Positions 36,729-47,345 of a DNA stretch of 64,000 nucleotides are shown one piece after another. The notes under the pieces are model-generated. The model ran no database searches. It was not told the origin of the DNA and saw only the letters and a program-made list of their open reading frames with translations. How positions within the stretch are numbered: the first letter of the stretch is position 1; every line of letters starts with the position of its first letter. The stretch lies in NCBI GenBank assembly GCA_964610045.1, contig CAZSUN010000005.1, positions 15,787-79,786 of the forward strand, written 5' to 3'. Both the position numbers and the translations under genes were made by a program. This DNA is from an uncultured Sphaerobacteraceae bacterium. GTDB lineage: Bacteria > Chloroflexota > Chloroflexia > Thermomicrobiales > UBA6265.

Positions 36729-38201
36729 CTACCTGGCGCGGGGAATGTCGGGCAATTCGATTGATTGGCGGTGGTTGAAGATGTTGCCGGGGTCCCAACG
36801 CGCCTTCACGCCCTGTAACCGGGGATAGCTGTCCTTGTAGTAGAGCAGTTGCCAGTTCCCGAGATCGACATCCGGATAGTTGACGTAACAACCATCCATC
36901 GTATCATCCGGGAGCGGTCCACTTTCCCCGTACATCTCGTGATAGAGCCGCCGGATCCAGTCCAGGTTGATCCGATCGTCGTTGGAGCTGGTCCAGTATG
37001 TCTGGTATTGCAGCTTCATGATCGAGGAGCGCTGGGGTATCGCGGTGGCGCCGGGAGCGACCGCATTCACCTGGCAACCGTACGAGTCGACCTGGAGCAA
37101 TGCCTGGGGATTCGGGTGTGCAGCGAACTTCAGGTGTTTGTAGAGGGTCTCGATCTGACCATCCGGGAACGGTTGCAGCATGTAGGCAGACTTGTACTTG
37201 CCGCGCTGATTCGGACCGGTGCCGTTGAGGGTTTGGGTCGCGTACAACCATGGCAACTGCCGCACGGCGGTCGATGACGCAACGGTGTGGTAGTGCCCAA
37301 CGGCGGTTCTGCTTGCGACCGGAACCGGCAAACCCGCGGTCATTTCGGAGGCGAAGGCCGAGAGCAGGGAAGGTTGCGGACCGACATACTGCGCGACAAT
37401 CACGACCTGGCCCGCCGCCTCCTGGGCCAGGTGGAGCAGGGCGAACAGGCCTGCGTACGGGCTCCCGGGCTCGCTGTTGGCGGCGAAGAAGCCTCCGTAG
37501 TTGGCAACGATACGAGAGAACGCCGCCTGATCGAGACCGGTCCAGTCCCAGGCCAGAGTCAGCAAGTGGGCTACCTGCGGCGCTGGCGGCAACTCGCGGA
37601 ACCAGAACCGCGTCACGATGCCGAAGTTCCCGCCACCGCCACCCAGATGTGCCCAGAACAATGCCTGCACATCCGGATCCGGGTCATCGGCGCTGGCGTG
37701 GACGGAGGAGACCGCACCATCCGGATCGACCACGATCACATCGACGGCGCTCAGCCAGTCGCTCGACAGCCCGTGCAACCGTGAAAGCAGGCCGTAACCG
37801 CCACCGGTGAGGTGTCCACCCGCGCCCACCGAGGCGCAGGAGCCGCCGGGCAGGGTCACCCCGTGTTCGACGTAGAGGCGGCGGTACGCATTCCAGAGGG
37901 TGGCACCGCCATCAATGAAGTACCAGCCAGTGTCCGGGTCGCGGCCACAATCATCCAGCGACGAAAGATCGATGATGACGCCACCATCGTTGCCGGACAC
38001 GAAATCCTCGTAGCAGTGTCCACCGGCGCGAACGGTGATTCGGAGGTCATCTGCCAGGGCTCGGGTTACCGCCGTGACAACGTCACCCGGCGTGTTGCAG
38101 GCAACAACACGAGTAGGCGAGCCTACCCAGCGGAGATTGAAGCCGCGAACGAGAGTGGAGTAGCGACGGTCGTCTGGCAGGATGACGGAATGTGGAGGCA
38201 T
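36729..38201 (-). CDS. FAD-binding oxidoreductase, berberine-bridge-enzyme (BBE)-like
   Basis: FAD_binding_4-like N-terminus (VRAGGHCYEDF, GGSCASVGAGGHLTGGGYG) and BBE-like C-terminus (YVNYPDVDL...RWDPGNIFNHRQSI). Confidence 0.85.
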   Translation of the reverse strand: MPPHSVILPDDRRYSTLVRGFNLRWVGSPTRVVACNTPGDVVTAVTRALADDLRITVRAGGHCYEDFVSGNDGGVIIDLSSLDDCGRDPDTGWYFIDGGATLWNAYRRLYVEHGVTLPGGSCASVGAGGHLTGGGYGLLSRLHGLSSDWLSAVDVIVVDPDGAVSSVHASADDPDPDVQALFWAHLGGGGGNFGIVTRFWFRELPPAPQVAHLLTLAWDWTGLDQAAFSRIVANYGGFFAANSEPGSPYAGLFALLHLAQEAAGQVVIVAQYVGPQPSLLSAFASEMTAGLPVPVASRTAVGHYHTVASSTAVRQLPWLYATQTLNGTGPNQRGKYKSAYMLQPFPDGQIETLYKHLKFAAHPNPQALLQVDSYGCQVNAVAPGATAIPQRSSIMKLQYQTYWTSSNDDRINLDWIRRLYHEMYGESGPLPDDTMDGCYVNYPDVDLGNWQLLYYKDSYPRLQGVKARWDPGNIFNHRQSIELPDIPRAR

Positions 38202-38323
38202 GGATCACTCCGGAGGCTAGATGAGGATCGAAGCCGGGGTCCTGCCTCCATCGTGCACGCTGGCGTATGCATCCGCAATCCACCGTCCGGATGCCCCTTC
38301 ATGATTGAGGTGGGACAGTGATC

Positions 38324-39358
38324 CTATTCGGGAGTTTGTGACAGCAACGCTTCGATGGTGTCATGGAGGGCGACCAGGTCCTCGCGGCTCGCGGTGACCT
38401 GATCCGCCGGAAGGACTGCCAGTGTGCGGGCCAGCAGGTTGACGTCCTTGTCGAGGCGTTCCGGCCTGAAAGTCCCGGAGTCCAGCGTGGAGGCGAGGTG
38501 CTTCAACTCCCGGCGTTCCCGCTCGCTTCCCGTCGCGGCGGCACGGGTTGCCCCGAGAAGGGCGGCTGTCTGGAGCCTGACCTGCACCTGGTCGGTCCCG
38601 AGCACGAACGCGGCGAGTTCCGCCAGCGCCTCGCGAGCGGAATCGATGCTGTCGTCCTCAACATCAGGTGCTTCCCGCCAGGCACGTCCGAGGCGCATGG
38701 CTACCTGGGCGGAGAGGTTGCCAGCGACAATGCGATCCCGCAACACTTCCTGCTTGATCTCCGGCAGCCCCTGGAGGGCACGGCTTTGTTTCTCACTGAG
38801 GCGGCCAGTGCGGATGTCTTCCTGCGCCTCGTCACCGAGTTTGCCCGTGCCGAGCAGCTGAAACAGCCGGCTCCGCTTGATGCCGACGGCATCGGCGATC
38901 TCTTCCCAGGGAGGATCACCCAGTTGGCTGCGAAGGGCGCGCAGGGCAGCGGCACGGTCGACCGCGTTGAGGTCCTCGCGCTGGACGTTCTCCATGAGTT
39001 GTTGCGCGAGACGACGTTCGATCGGCACCTCGCGTACGATGGCTGGCATGGTGGAGAGTCCGGCAATGCGGGCAGCTCGCCAGCGGCGTTCACCGTGCAG
39101 GATGACGTACCGGTCGTTCTCCGCATCGAAGCGGACGGCGATCGGCTGCAGGATACCGTCGAGGCGAACGCTTGCCGCCAGTTCCTCCAACCTGTCTGGA
39201 TCGAAACTCCGGCGCGGCTGGGCAGGATCAGGATGAATACGGGCGAGGTCGATGAGGCGAGCACCGGCGAGATCGTGCGTACCAGCAGCCTGTGGCCTGG
39301 TATCGGCAAAGAGCGAATCGACGGTGAACCGGCGTCGAGTGCGTCCATCCGAAGTCAT
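38324..39358 (-). CDS. parB: ParB/Spo0J family partition protein
   Basis: ParB N-domain box ILQPIAV...ILHGERRWRAARIAG. HTH region with the KRSRLFQLL-type segment. 4-nt overlap with parA. Confidence 0.85.
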   Translation of the reverse strand: MTSDGRTRRRFTVDSLFADTRPQAAGTHDLAGARLIDLARIHPDPAQPRRSFDPDRLEELAASVRLDGILQPIAVRFDAENDRYVILHGERRWRAARIAGLSTMPAIVREVPIERRLAQQLMENVQREDLNAVDRAAALRALRSQLGDPPWEEIADAVGIKRSRLFQLLGTGKLGDEAQEDIRTGRLSEKQSRALQGLPEIKQEVLRDRIVAGNLSAQVAMRLGRAWREAPDVEDDSIDSAREALAELAAFVLGTDQVQVRLQTAALLGATRAAATGSERERRELKHLASTLDSGTFRPERLDKDVNLLARTLAVLPADQVTASREDLVALHDTIEALLSQTPE

Positions 39359-40143
39359 TGCAGCACCGCCGCAGGTGCGGGCGCGTTGTCCTCGATCCAG
39401 GCTCCGACATCACGATAGGCAGCCGCAACCGACGACTTCGGCATATAGGCGAGCACACTGGTTCGTTCCGCCGTGGACTCGGCGCCACGAACCGAGAGCG
39501 GGATCGCGGGCAGCAGGGCGAGATCCGGGAACTGCTCCTCAAGCGAGGCGAGCATGTCGGATGCCAGCCGTGAGGAATGGTGCACCTTGGTCGGCAGGAA
39601 CCCCAGCACGACCAGATCCGGATTCAGGCGCTGGACGCGCCGGATGGTCTCGAACAACCGCCGCAACACCATCAGGGAGAGGGGATGCGGCTCGATCGGG
39701 ATCACCAGTTCGTGAACTGCGACGAGAATGTTGATAGAAATGATGTTGAGGGCCGGCGGCGAATCGATAAGCACGTAATCGTAAGCCGCCAGATCGGCCT
39801 GGCGCAGGCGATTGTCGAGCTGCCGCTCGCGTTCGAGCACATTGAGCAATTCCAGTTCGGCAGCCGCGAGATCCGGGTGGGATGAAAGGATATCGACGTA
39901 CGGAATCCGGGTCGGTAGGGCAAGGTCGGCGATACCGATTTCCTCGTCCAGCAGCAGATCATAGACAGAGAGGTCGATCGCGGCGACATCGATGCCAGTC
40001 GCCATCGAGAGCGATGCCTGCGGATCGAGATCGATGGCGAGGACGCGGTGCCCGCGTTCCGCCAGGGCAGCGGCGACATTGAGGGTGCTGGTGGTTTTTG
40101 CCGTGCCACCCTTCTGGTTGAAAAAACCGATGATCCGGGTCAT
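39355..40143 (-). CDS. parA: ParA family ATPase (paired with parB)
   Basis: Deviant Walker A FNQKGGTAKTTS, ILAIDLDPQAS and VLIDSPP motifs. Confidence 0.9.
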   Translation of the reverse strand: MTRIIGFFNQKGGTAKTTSTLNVAAALAERGHRVLAIDLDPQASLSMATGIDVAAIDLSVYDLLLDEEIGIADLALPTRIPYVDILSSHPDLAAAELELLNVLERERQLDNRLRQADLAAYDYVLIDSPPALNIISINILVAVHELVIPIEPHPLSLMVLRRLFETIRRVQRLNPDLVVLGFLPTKVHHSSRLASDMLASLEEQFPDLALLPAIPLSVRGAESTAERTSVLAYMPKSSVAAAYRDVGAWIEDNAPAPAAVLQ

Positions 40144-40256
40144 GTCGTGGTTAGGTCCTGCTCATCGCTCCGGTTCAGGCCAGAGACTGTACGAACGCCG
40201 GTGACCAGTGTGGCACCGGTGTGCGGTGCGGGGCAAGCGCGATGGCAGAAGATCAG

Positions 40257-40290
40257 AAAAGCCCGGACGGGCTGGCCGTCCGGGCTTTTT
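40257..40290. terminator. Bidirectional intrinsic terminator
   Basis: AAAAGCCCGGACGG-gctgg-CCGTCCGGGCTTTTT. Lies just downstream of the minus-strand gene ending at 40323 and upstream of parA. Confidence 0.8.
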
Positions 40291-40322
40291 CACGTGCGTT
40301 TTGCCAGGGGCGATCGGATCGG

Positions 40323-40622
40323 TCAGGCATTTGCTGGCCGCTCGAACACATCGCCTTCCGGCCGGATCCGCTCACCGGTCGCGATCAGGGCGCGAGCGAA
40401 GGTGTTGCGAATGCGGGCGATCAGGGTCACCCGGCCGGCATTGCTCTCGTCGATGAGACGGCGCCGTTCGAGCCGAGTGTCCAGCGTGGGGTCGGTCATG
40501 TAGAACATCGTCAGGTCTGGGGATTGCATTTTCTTGCGCTCCAGGTGTTGCCGCTGGTAGTCCAGGCGGCTGGGCGAGCGATCGTGGACGTCGTGCTGGC
40601 GAGCCACGATATCGGCCTGCAT
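40323..40622 (-). CDS. Hypothetical small protein (about 99 aa; start uncertain)
   Basis: High third-position G/C by hand count from MQADIVARQ... onward. The track N-terminal extension to 40814 has lower GC3 and contains a terminator hairpin. No family recognised. Confidence 0.5.
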   Translation of the reverse strand: MQADIVARQHDVHDRSPSRLDYQRQHLERKKMQSPDLTMFYMTDPTLDTRLERRRLIDESNAGRVTLIARIRNTFARALIATGERIRPEGDVFERPANA

Positions 40623-40742
40623 GGGGGTGCTGTATGGAAACACGCTGGTACCTTTCCGCGCACGAGGCGCACTTAACCAGACCCGATGCTCGTGCATCGA
40701 ATCGAACAAGGACTGGAAATCGTCTTCGGGATCGACAGGCAA

Positions 40743-40769
40743 CAAAAAACCCGGGTTGAAGTCAACCCG
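40743..40769 (-). terminator. Intrinsic terminator after the sORF
   Basis: Minus strand: CGGGTTG-actt-CAACCCG followed by GGTTTTTTGTT. Confidence 0.7.
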
Positions 40770-40795
40770 AGTCTGTCGATGGGCGGTGCGTCCGG

Positions 40796-40894
40796 CTAAT
40801 CGGCCGGATGCCACCTACCATGCGAGACCAGGTTGAAGGACGGATCGGAGACCAGTCCAGCTTCCGCATACCGGATGTTTGCCGCGAAGATCAT
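40796..40894 (-). CDS. Small ORF (32 aa) with strong SD
   Basis: GGAAGGAGG 8 nt upstream of ATG 40894. Translation MIFAANIRYAEAGLVSDPSFNLVSHGRWHPAD*. A promoter lies upstream and a terminator downstream. The track lists only a longer alternative-start version (40796..40984). Confidence 0.4.
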   Translation of the reverse strand: MIFAANIRYAEAGLVSDPSFNLVSHGRWHPAD

Positions 40895-40998
40895 GCCGTC
40901 GTACCTCCTTCCTGTCCGTATCAACGTTACCGTATTACGTTTGGTTCCCGCGGTTCTGGCCGCACTCAACCAACCGAGCGTCACACTCGACGATTTGC

Positions 40999-41027
40999 AT
41001 CCTAGCGACCGATTGGACGGAAGTCAA
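40999..41027 (-). promoter_or_regulatory. Near-consensus sigma-70-like promoter
   Basis: Minus strand TTGACT (41027-41022), 17 nt, TAGGAT (41004-40999). Confidence 0.55.
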
Positions 41028-41041
41028 TACCCCGTGCCTGC

Positions 41042-41890
41042 TTACGATTGGTGGGCCGCCGCCGGGGCGTGGGCAGGTTTTTCAGCTCGTTGCCATGGCC
41101 AGCGGATGGGGAGCGGGTATGGCAGGAGCCGGTTGATCGCGAGCGAGAGGGCGATGACGATCCAGCCACCGACCACGTCGAGCCAGTAGTGATTCCCGGT
41201 CACGATGACGGTCACCGGCAGGAGCAGGGTGAGGAACAGGCCGACCACCCGGCCGACCCACGGCCAGGGGAGGGCAGCAGCCACCATGATGCCGGCGACC
41301 ATGGTCCAGCCACAGTGCATGCTCGGCATGGCGGCAAACCTGTTGGCGGATACCAGGCCACTCTCGCTGAAGTAGTTCGGCCCGTAGACAGCCAGGGTGT
41401 CGACGAATGGCCACCCGTAATCCGACATGAACCGGGGAGGAGCAAGGGGGTAAATCGCGTACCAGGGGAGCGCGACGATCATCGAAATGACGAACACGCG
41501 GCGGAGATACCGGTATCGTGCCGGGTTGAGGGCCAGAAGCAGGATGGCGCAGGCGTAGAACCCGTACATGTAGTAGGCGTAGATATTGTTGAAAACCTTG
41601 ATCAGGCTTCCCTGATCGAGGACCCACTTCTGCCACGAGAGTTCGAAATTGAGCCCGAGTTTACCCTGGAAGCTGAGCAGGTCGAGTGCGTTGTCGAACG
41701 CGACCCTCTCCGCACGCGTAATGTACGTTTTCCGGACCATTTTGTAGGCCTGGAACAAGGCCATGAAGAGGAGGATTTGCGATGTGGCGTACAAGGCGAT
41801 GCGTGGCAAGGCACGGATTGCGGGCCAGGACGATGCCTCGTCGTTGGGAGGCCGGAACGTGGTGCGTTCCGGCGCGACGCTAGAAGCCAC
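41042..41890 (-). CDS. PAP2_C-type (inositol-phosphorylceramide-synthase-like) membrane phosphotransferase/phosphatase family protein
   Basis: Polytopic membrane protein with AAMPSMHCGW and GNHYWLDVVGG (SxH / HxxxD) motifs. Confidence 0.75.
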   Translation of the reverse strand: MASSVAPERTTFRPPNDEASSWPAIRALPRIALYATSQILLFMALFQAYKMVRKTYITRAERVAFDNALDLLSFQGKLGLNFELSWQKWVLDQGSLIKVFNNIYAYYMYGFYACAILLLALNPARYRYLRRVFVISMIVALPWYAIYPLAPPRFMSDYGWPFVDTLAVYGPNYFSESGLVSANRFAAMPSMHCGWTMVAGIMVAAALPWPWVGRVVGLFLTLLLPVTVIVTGNHYWLDVVGGWIVIALSLAINRLLPYPLPIRWPWQRAEKPAHAPAAAHQS

Positions 41891-42302
41891 GCAGCTTCTC
41901 AGGAGTGACCTGGATCACCACCGAGTAGTCCGCGGCGAAGCGTTCCGGGGTGTAGCCGAGACCGGCAATCGACGTGTCGTATTTCGCCTGATACTCGGGT
42001 ACGGTGTCCGACGACGGTTCGGTTCCGAGGACTTTCGCCGTGCCGTTGAGGACCACGACATCGCTCCCGCTGTGGGTGGCGTTGAAGTTCAGGGAAACGC
42101 GTGGATTACGCTCGATTCCGCGCAATTTCGGTGTGTTCGGCTGGCTGAAAATGAGGACGGATTCGTCCTTCCAGACGAACCAGACCGGGCTCGGTTGCGG
42201 CGCACCGTTCGGGCCGGTCGTGGTCAGCCAGATCACCTGCTCGGATTCGAGGCGATCAAGCGCGCGCTGGCCGAATTCGGAACTGAAATCAATGGACGAC
42301 AA
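41880..42302 (-). CDS. PPOX-class probable F420-dependent enzyme (Rv3369-like)
   Basis: LESEQVIWLTTTGPNGAPQPSPVWFVW...NPRVSLNF pattern of the pyridoxamine-5'-phosphate-oxidase-like F420 family. 11-nt overlap with the PAP2_C gene. Confidence 0.78.
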   Translation of the reverse strand: MSSIDFSSEFGQRALDRLESEQVIWLTTTGPNGAPQPSPVWFVWKDESVLIFSQPNTPKLRGIERNPRVSLNFNATHSGSDVVVLNGTAKVLGTEPSSDTVPEYQAKYDTSIAGLGYTPERFAADYSVVIQVTPEKLRGF

Positions 42303-42361
42303 GTCTGGCTCCTTTCCTTTTACACATCGCCTGATTGATGGTGTCGAGACTTGCGCCGGAA

Positions 42362-42406
42362 GATTCCTCGCTTCGCTCGGAATGACAGTGTTTTGCTCGG
42401 AATGAC
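42362..42406 (-). repeat. Full plus partial tandem copy of the dispersed repeat
   Basis: GATTCCTCGCTTCGCTCGGAATGAC (42362-42386) and GCTCGGAATGAC (42395-42406), between the guaB stop and the PPOX gene start. Confidence 0.75.
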
Positions 42407-42427
42407 AATCGGTGAGAAAGCGCGGGA

Positions 42428-44056
<1,629 letters not shown>

Positions 44057-44842
44057 CTACCGCAGGCTGCCAAGCCGTTGTACCAGCTCGTTGGTGAATG
44101 CCTCGTAGGCGACGCCACCGCGGGACGAGGGGTCGTACTCGGCGATCGCCTGACCGTAGCTGGGCGCTTCGGCCAGCCGCACCGATCGTGGAATCACCGT
44201 TTCGAAGATGCGGTCCGGAAAGAACCGGCGTACCTCATCCACCACCATCGCCGAGAGGTTGGTACGAGCATCGAACATCGTCATCAACACCCCGAGCAGG
44301 TCGAGGTTCGGGTTCAGCTGACGTCGGACGAGATCGATGGTGGTGATCAGTTGACTCACGCCTTCGAGTGCCAGGAACTCGCACTGGATCGGCACCACGA
44401 CATGATCGGCCGCGGTCAGGCCGTTGACGGTGAGCAATCCCAGTGATGGTGGCGAGTCGATGATAGCCAGGTCGTACCGGTCGGCTACCGACGCGAGTGC
44501 CCGTTTCAGCTGCCGTTCCCGTTGGACGAGTCCGACCAGGTCAACCTCGGCAGCGGCAAGCGCCGGTGTGGACGGCAACAGGTCCAGCCGCTCGCGCACG
44601 CCCGGAATGATAGCGCCAGCGGTTGATTCCGGGTTCAAGATGGCGTCATAGGTGGAGTGATCCAGCGACTGCTTGTCGACCCCTAGGGACGAGGTTGCGT
44701 TGCCCTGGGGGTCGAGGTCAACCAGCAAGACGCGAATCCCGTCCCTGGCGAGAAGGACACCGGTGTTGACGGTCGTGGTGGTTTTGCCAACCCCGCCTTT
44801 CTGGTTGGCGAAAGCGACGATCTGCATCCCGGGGACCGTCAC
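44057..44842 (-). CDS. soj: ParA/Soj family ATPase (no adjacent parB)
   Basis: Canonical ANQKGGVGKTTT and LLVDLDPQGNATS motifs. The start may be MQIV at 44827. Confidence 0.9.
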   Translation of the reverse strand: MTVPGMQIVAFANQKGGVGKTTTTVNTGVLLARDGIRVLLVDLDPQGNATSSLGVDKQSLDHSTYDAILNPESTAGAIIPGVRERLDLLPSTPALAAAEVDLVGLVQRERQLKRALASVADRYDLAIIDSPPSLGLLTVNGLTAADHVVVPIQCEFLALEGVSQLITTIDLVRRQLNPNLDLLGVLMTMFDARTNLSAMVVDEVRRFFPDRIFETVIPRSVRLAEAPSYGQAIAEYDPSSRGGVAYEAFTNELVQRLGSLR

Positions 44843-46143
44843 TCCCGAACCGTGACGGCCGTCCCAAGCGGCGCCCAGTCATACAGGAACGCGGAAACGT
44901 CCAGTGGCAGGTTGATGCAGCCGTGGCTCATCTTGTGGCCGAAATTGTTGTGCCAGTACGCACCGTGCAGGGCCTCGGCCTGATAATTAATGAACATCAC
45001 GTCCGGGACATCGTGCACCAGGTATTCAGTCCCGCCGCCGTCGGTCGGCGTGGCATCGCCCACGGCGGTCACTTCCCCTTCGCCATTGGTGACACCGGTC
45101 ATGTCCTTTACGGGGAACTTGATGCGAACGTGGAATGCGCCAACCTCGGTGTTGTTGGGATCGACCCCGGTGCTGACCAGGGTTTCGAGGATGACCTGAT
45201 CCCCCTGGTATGCCACCAGTTTTTGTTCGCTGATGCTGACCTCGATGTGTTTGCGACCGGAGATCGCCGTCACGTCAACGCCGTACGGATTGGGGCTGTC
45301 GATAAAGAGTGCTTCAGAGAAGTCGGGAAGTGCTCCCTGTGAGACCGGTTCGGTGCTGAAGCCATACCGATCCGGATGCTCGGAAGGCAGGGGGGCAGGA
45401 TAGATCTCGCTGCCGTTCGAAATCAGGATGCTGTTCTCGAAATACTGCACCGTCACGCCCCGCATGTTGACCGGCTCGCTGATTGGAGCTCCGAGGTAGA
45501 ACCAGCCCTCGTGGCTGTCGTACCAGGCACCGAACTCGCCGGCGATCGAGAACCCGGTGGCATCGCTGAAGCGCCCGCCGCCGCTCCAGACTTCGCCTGC
45601 GCGCGCTTCCTGGTTGACGCCCGGCGTCCAGGCCGATGTCCGGCGGTCGCCGGTGGCGCGCCGGCCGTCAGCACGGGTCGTGGTTTGGCGGTCACGCACG
45701 TCCTGCTCGCCAGCCGGCATCAGTCGCACGGTTGGGTTGTCGGTCTGCGTCCAATCCGGGTTGTACTGGAAGATGCCGCGTTCGAACGCCTGGCTATAAA
45801 GGCCATTCGCAGCGACGAACACTTCGGAGATCGGATTGCCATAGACGGAATCCGCACCATTCGCTCGCCAGTAGTCGAGCATCGTGCCATAGACGGTGTG
45901 ACGGGTCTCCGGAACGTAGACCTGCATCGTCGTCTGGCCGAAATCCACCGGCACCAGAATTTCATCGATGCCAAGTTCGGCAGCAAGGGCGCTACGGCTC
46001 AGCGGACCGTCCTGATCGGTCTGGGCCGCCGATGAGATCGGAGGCATCATAGTGGCCAACATGCCGATCAGCGCCATAGCCGTGATGATTCGCGTGCGTC
46101 CACGCTGTCGCTTCGACCGCATCCGCAAGACTCTTCCCCACAT
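44839..46143 (-). CDS. Secreted L,D-transpeptidase (YkuD domain) with LGFP-like repeats
   Basis: N-terminal signal/TM (IITAMALIGMLATMM). Two repeats of the type YGNPISE...FERGIFQY. C-terminal HGAYWHNNFGHKMSHGCINL catalytic motif. Confidence 0.8.
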   Translation of the reverse strand: MWGRVLRMRSKRQRGRTRIITAMALIGMLATMMPPISSAAQTDQDGPLSRSALAAELGIDEILVPVDFGQTTMQVYVPETRHTVYGTMLDYWRANGADSVYGNPISEVFVAANGLYSQAFERGIFQYNPDWTQTDNPTVRLMPAGEQDVRDRQTTTRADGRRATGDRRTSAWTPGVNQEARAGEVWSGGGRFSDATGFSIAGEFGAWYDSHEGWFYLGAPISEPVNMRGVTVQYFENSILISNGSEIYPAPLPSEHPDRYGFSTEPVSQGALPDFSEALFIDSPNPYGVDVTAISGRKHIEVSISEQKLVAYQGDQVILETLVSTGVDPNNTEVGAFHVRIKFPVKDMTGVTNGEGEVTAVGDATPTDGGGTEYLVHDVPDVMFINYQAEALHGAYWHNNFGHKMSHGCINLPLDVSAFLYDWAPLGTAVTVRE

Positions 46144-46223
46144 GCCGCTCCGTTCGCCCCAGACGAACGTCCCAACTCAACCATGAAGCATACGTCGCGA
46201 TGAGAGGTTGTGGACGCCTGCGG

Positions 46224-47066
46224 TCAGGCGACCGCACCGGCCCGGATCAGGTTGATCTCATCGCGCAACGACCTGGCTGCTTGTCCGGCGGCGATGGCGT
46301 AGTCACTCCCGCTGCCGGCGAAGAGGATGGAGCGTGACGCGGAACAGATCAGACCCGTACCGCGTTCGTTCAAGCCAACGCGAAGCGAACCAGCAAGATC
46401 CCCGCCCTGCGCGCCGACACCGGGCAGCAAGATGGCCTGGTTGCCGACTCGTTGCCGAACCGAGGCAAGCTCTCCCGGCCAGGTGGCGCCGACCACAAGA
46501 CCAACCGACGCCGGATAGGCGGCGTCCCACTCGCGGCAACGGTCGGCGACGGTCAGGTAGAGGTGATCTTCGCCAACCACCGGGACATCCTGAACATCGC
46601 CGCTTCCTGGATTGCTCGTCTTGCAGATGACGATCACCCCGCGCCCGTCACGGGAAAGAAATGGTTCCAGGGAGTCCTCGCCCATGTAGGGATTGACCGT
46701 GATCGCATCGAAATCGAACTCGTCGAACCAACCCCGGGCGTAGGCGCGCGCGGTTTCCCCGACATCGCCAACCTTGCAATCGAGGATGACCGGTATCTCG
46801 CGGGGGATCGCCTGGCGAACATCCCACAGTACCTGAAGCCCGGCGGGACCGAGTTGGGTAAAGAAGGCGAGGTTCGGCTTGTAGCAGGCAACCCAGTCCT
46901 TCGTCGCGTCTACGATGTCCTGGCAGAACCGGGCGACAGCCGCCGGACCCTCCCCGGCAACGGCGGGGATTTTGGCGGGGACAGGGTCGAGCCCGACGCA
47001 GAGGAGGGTATCGGCGGACTGCATCCGGCGCTCAATGCGTTCCGCGAAGGTGGTTGCTGGCGTCAT
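46224..47066 (-). CDS. pyrF: Orotidine 5'-phosphate decarboxylase (type 2)
   Basis: LCVGLDP, KPNLAFF and ILDCKVGDVG motifs. Confidence 0.88.
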   Translation of the reverse strand: MTPATTFAERIERRMQSADTLLCVGLDPVPAKIPAVAGEGPAAVARFCQDIVDATKDWVACYKPNLAFFTQLGPAGLQVLWDVRQAIPREIPVILDCKVGDVGETARAYARGWFDEFDFDAITVNPYMGEDSLEPFLSRDGRGVIVICKTSNPGSGDVQDVPVVGEDHLYLTVADRCREWDAAYPASVGLVVGATWPGELASVRQRVGNQAILLPGVGAQGGDLAGSLRVGLNERGTGLICSASRSILFAGSGSDYAIAAGQAARSLRDEINLIRAGAVA

Positions 47067-47345
47067 CGTGTTCTCCGGCCTGCGGTCGAGGTTCCAACAT
47101 CAGAAGGATAAGTGGTTTCAAGGTTTGGTGGATAGTTCAGAAGGTTCCAGTTCATCGGGTTGCAGATTGTGACAATCGGGAACAGGTTTTTCCTCGTATC
47201 GCACGGTGGTACACTGCGCCCACGATGGTTCGGACGTCACCGGAACCTGCCTGCGGGCAGAGCGGCGCAACCGAACGCCACCCCGACGGCGTAGACCATC
47301 ACCCCGCGACCGATTCATGATGCCAGATTTCGTGACGATGAGCCG

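Noticed and set aside
40278-40296. parS-like half site TTTTTCACGTGCGTTTT upstream of parA
   Set aside because: Only the left half resembles TGTTTCAC-GTGAAACA. The right half is not complementary, and the sequence is simply the U-tract and flank of the terminator.
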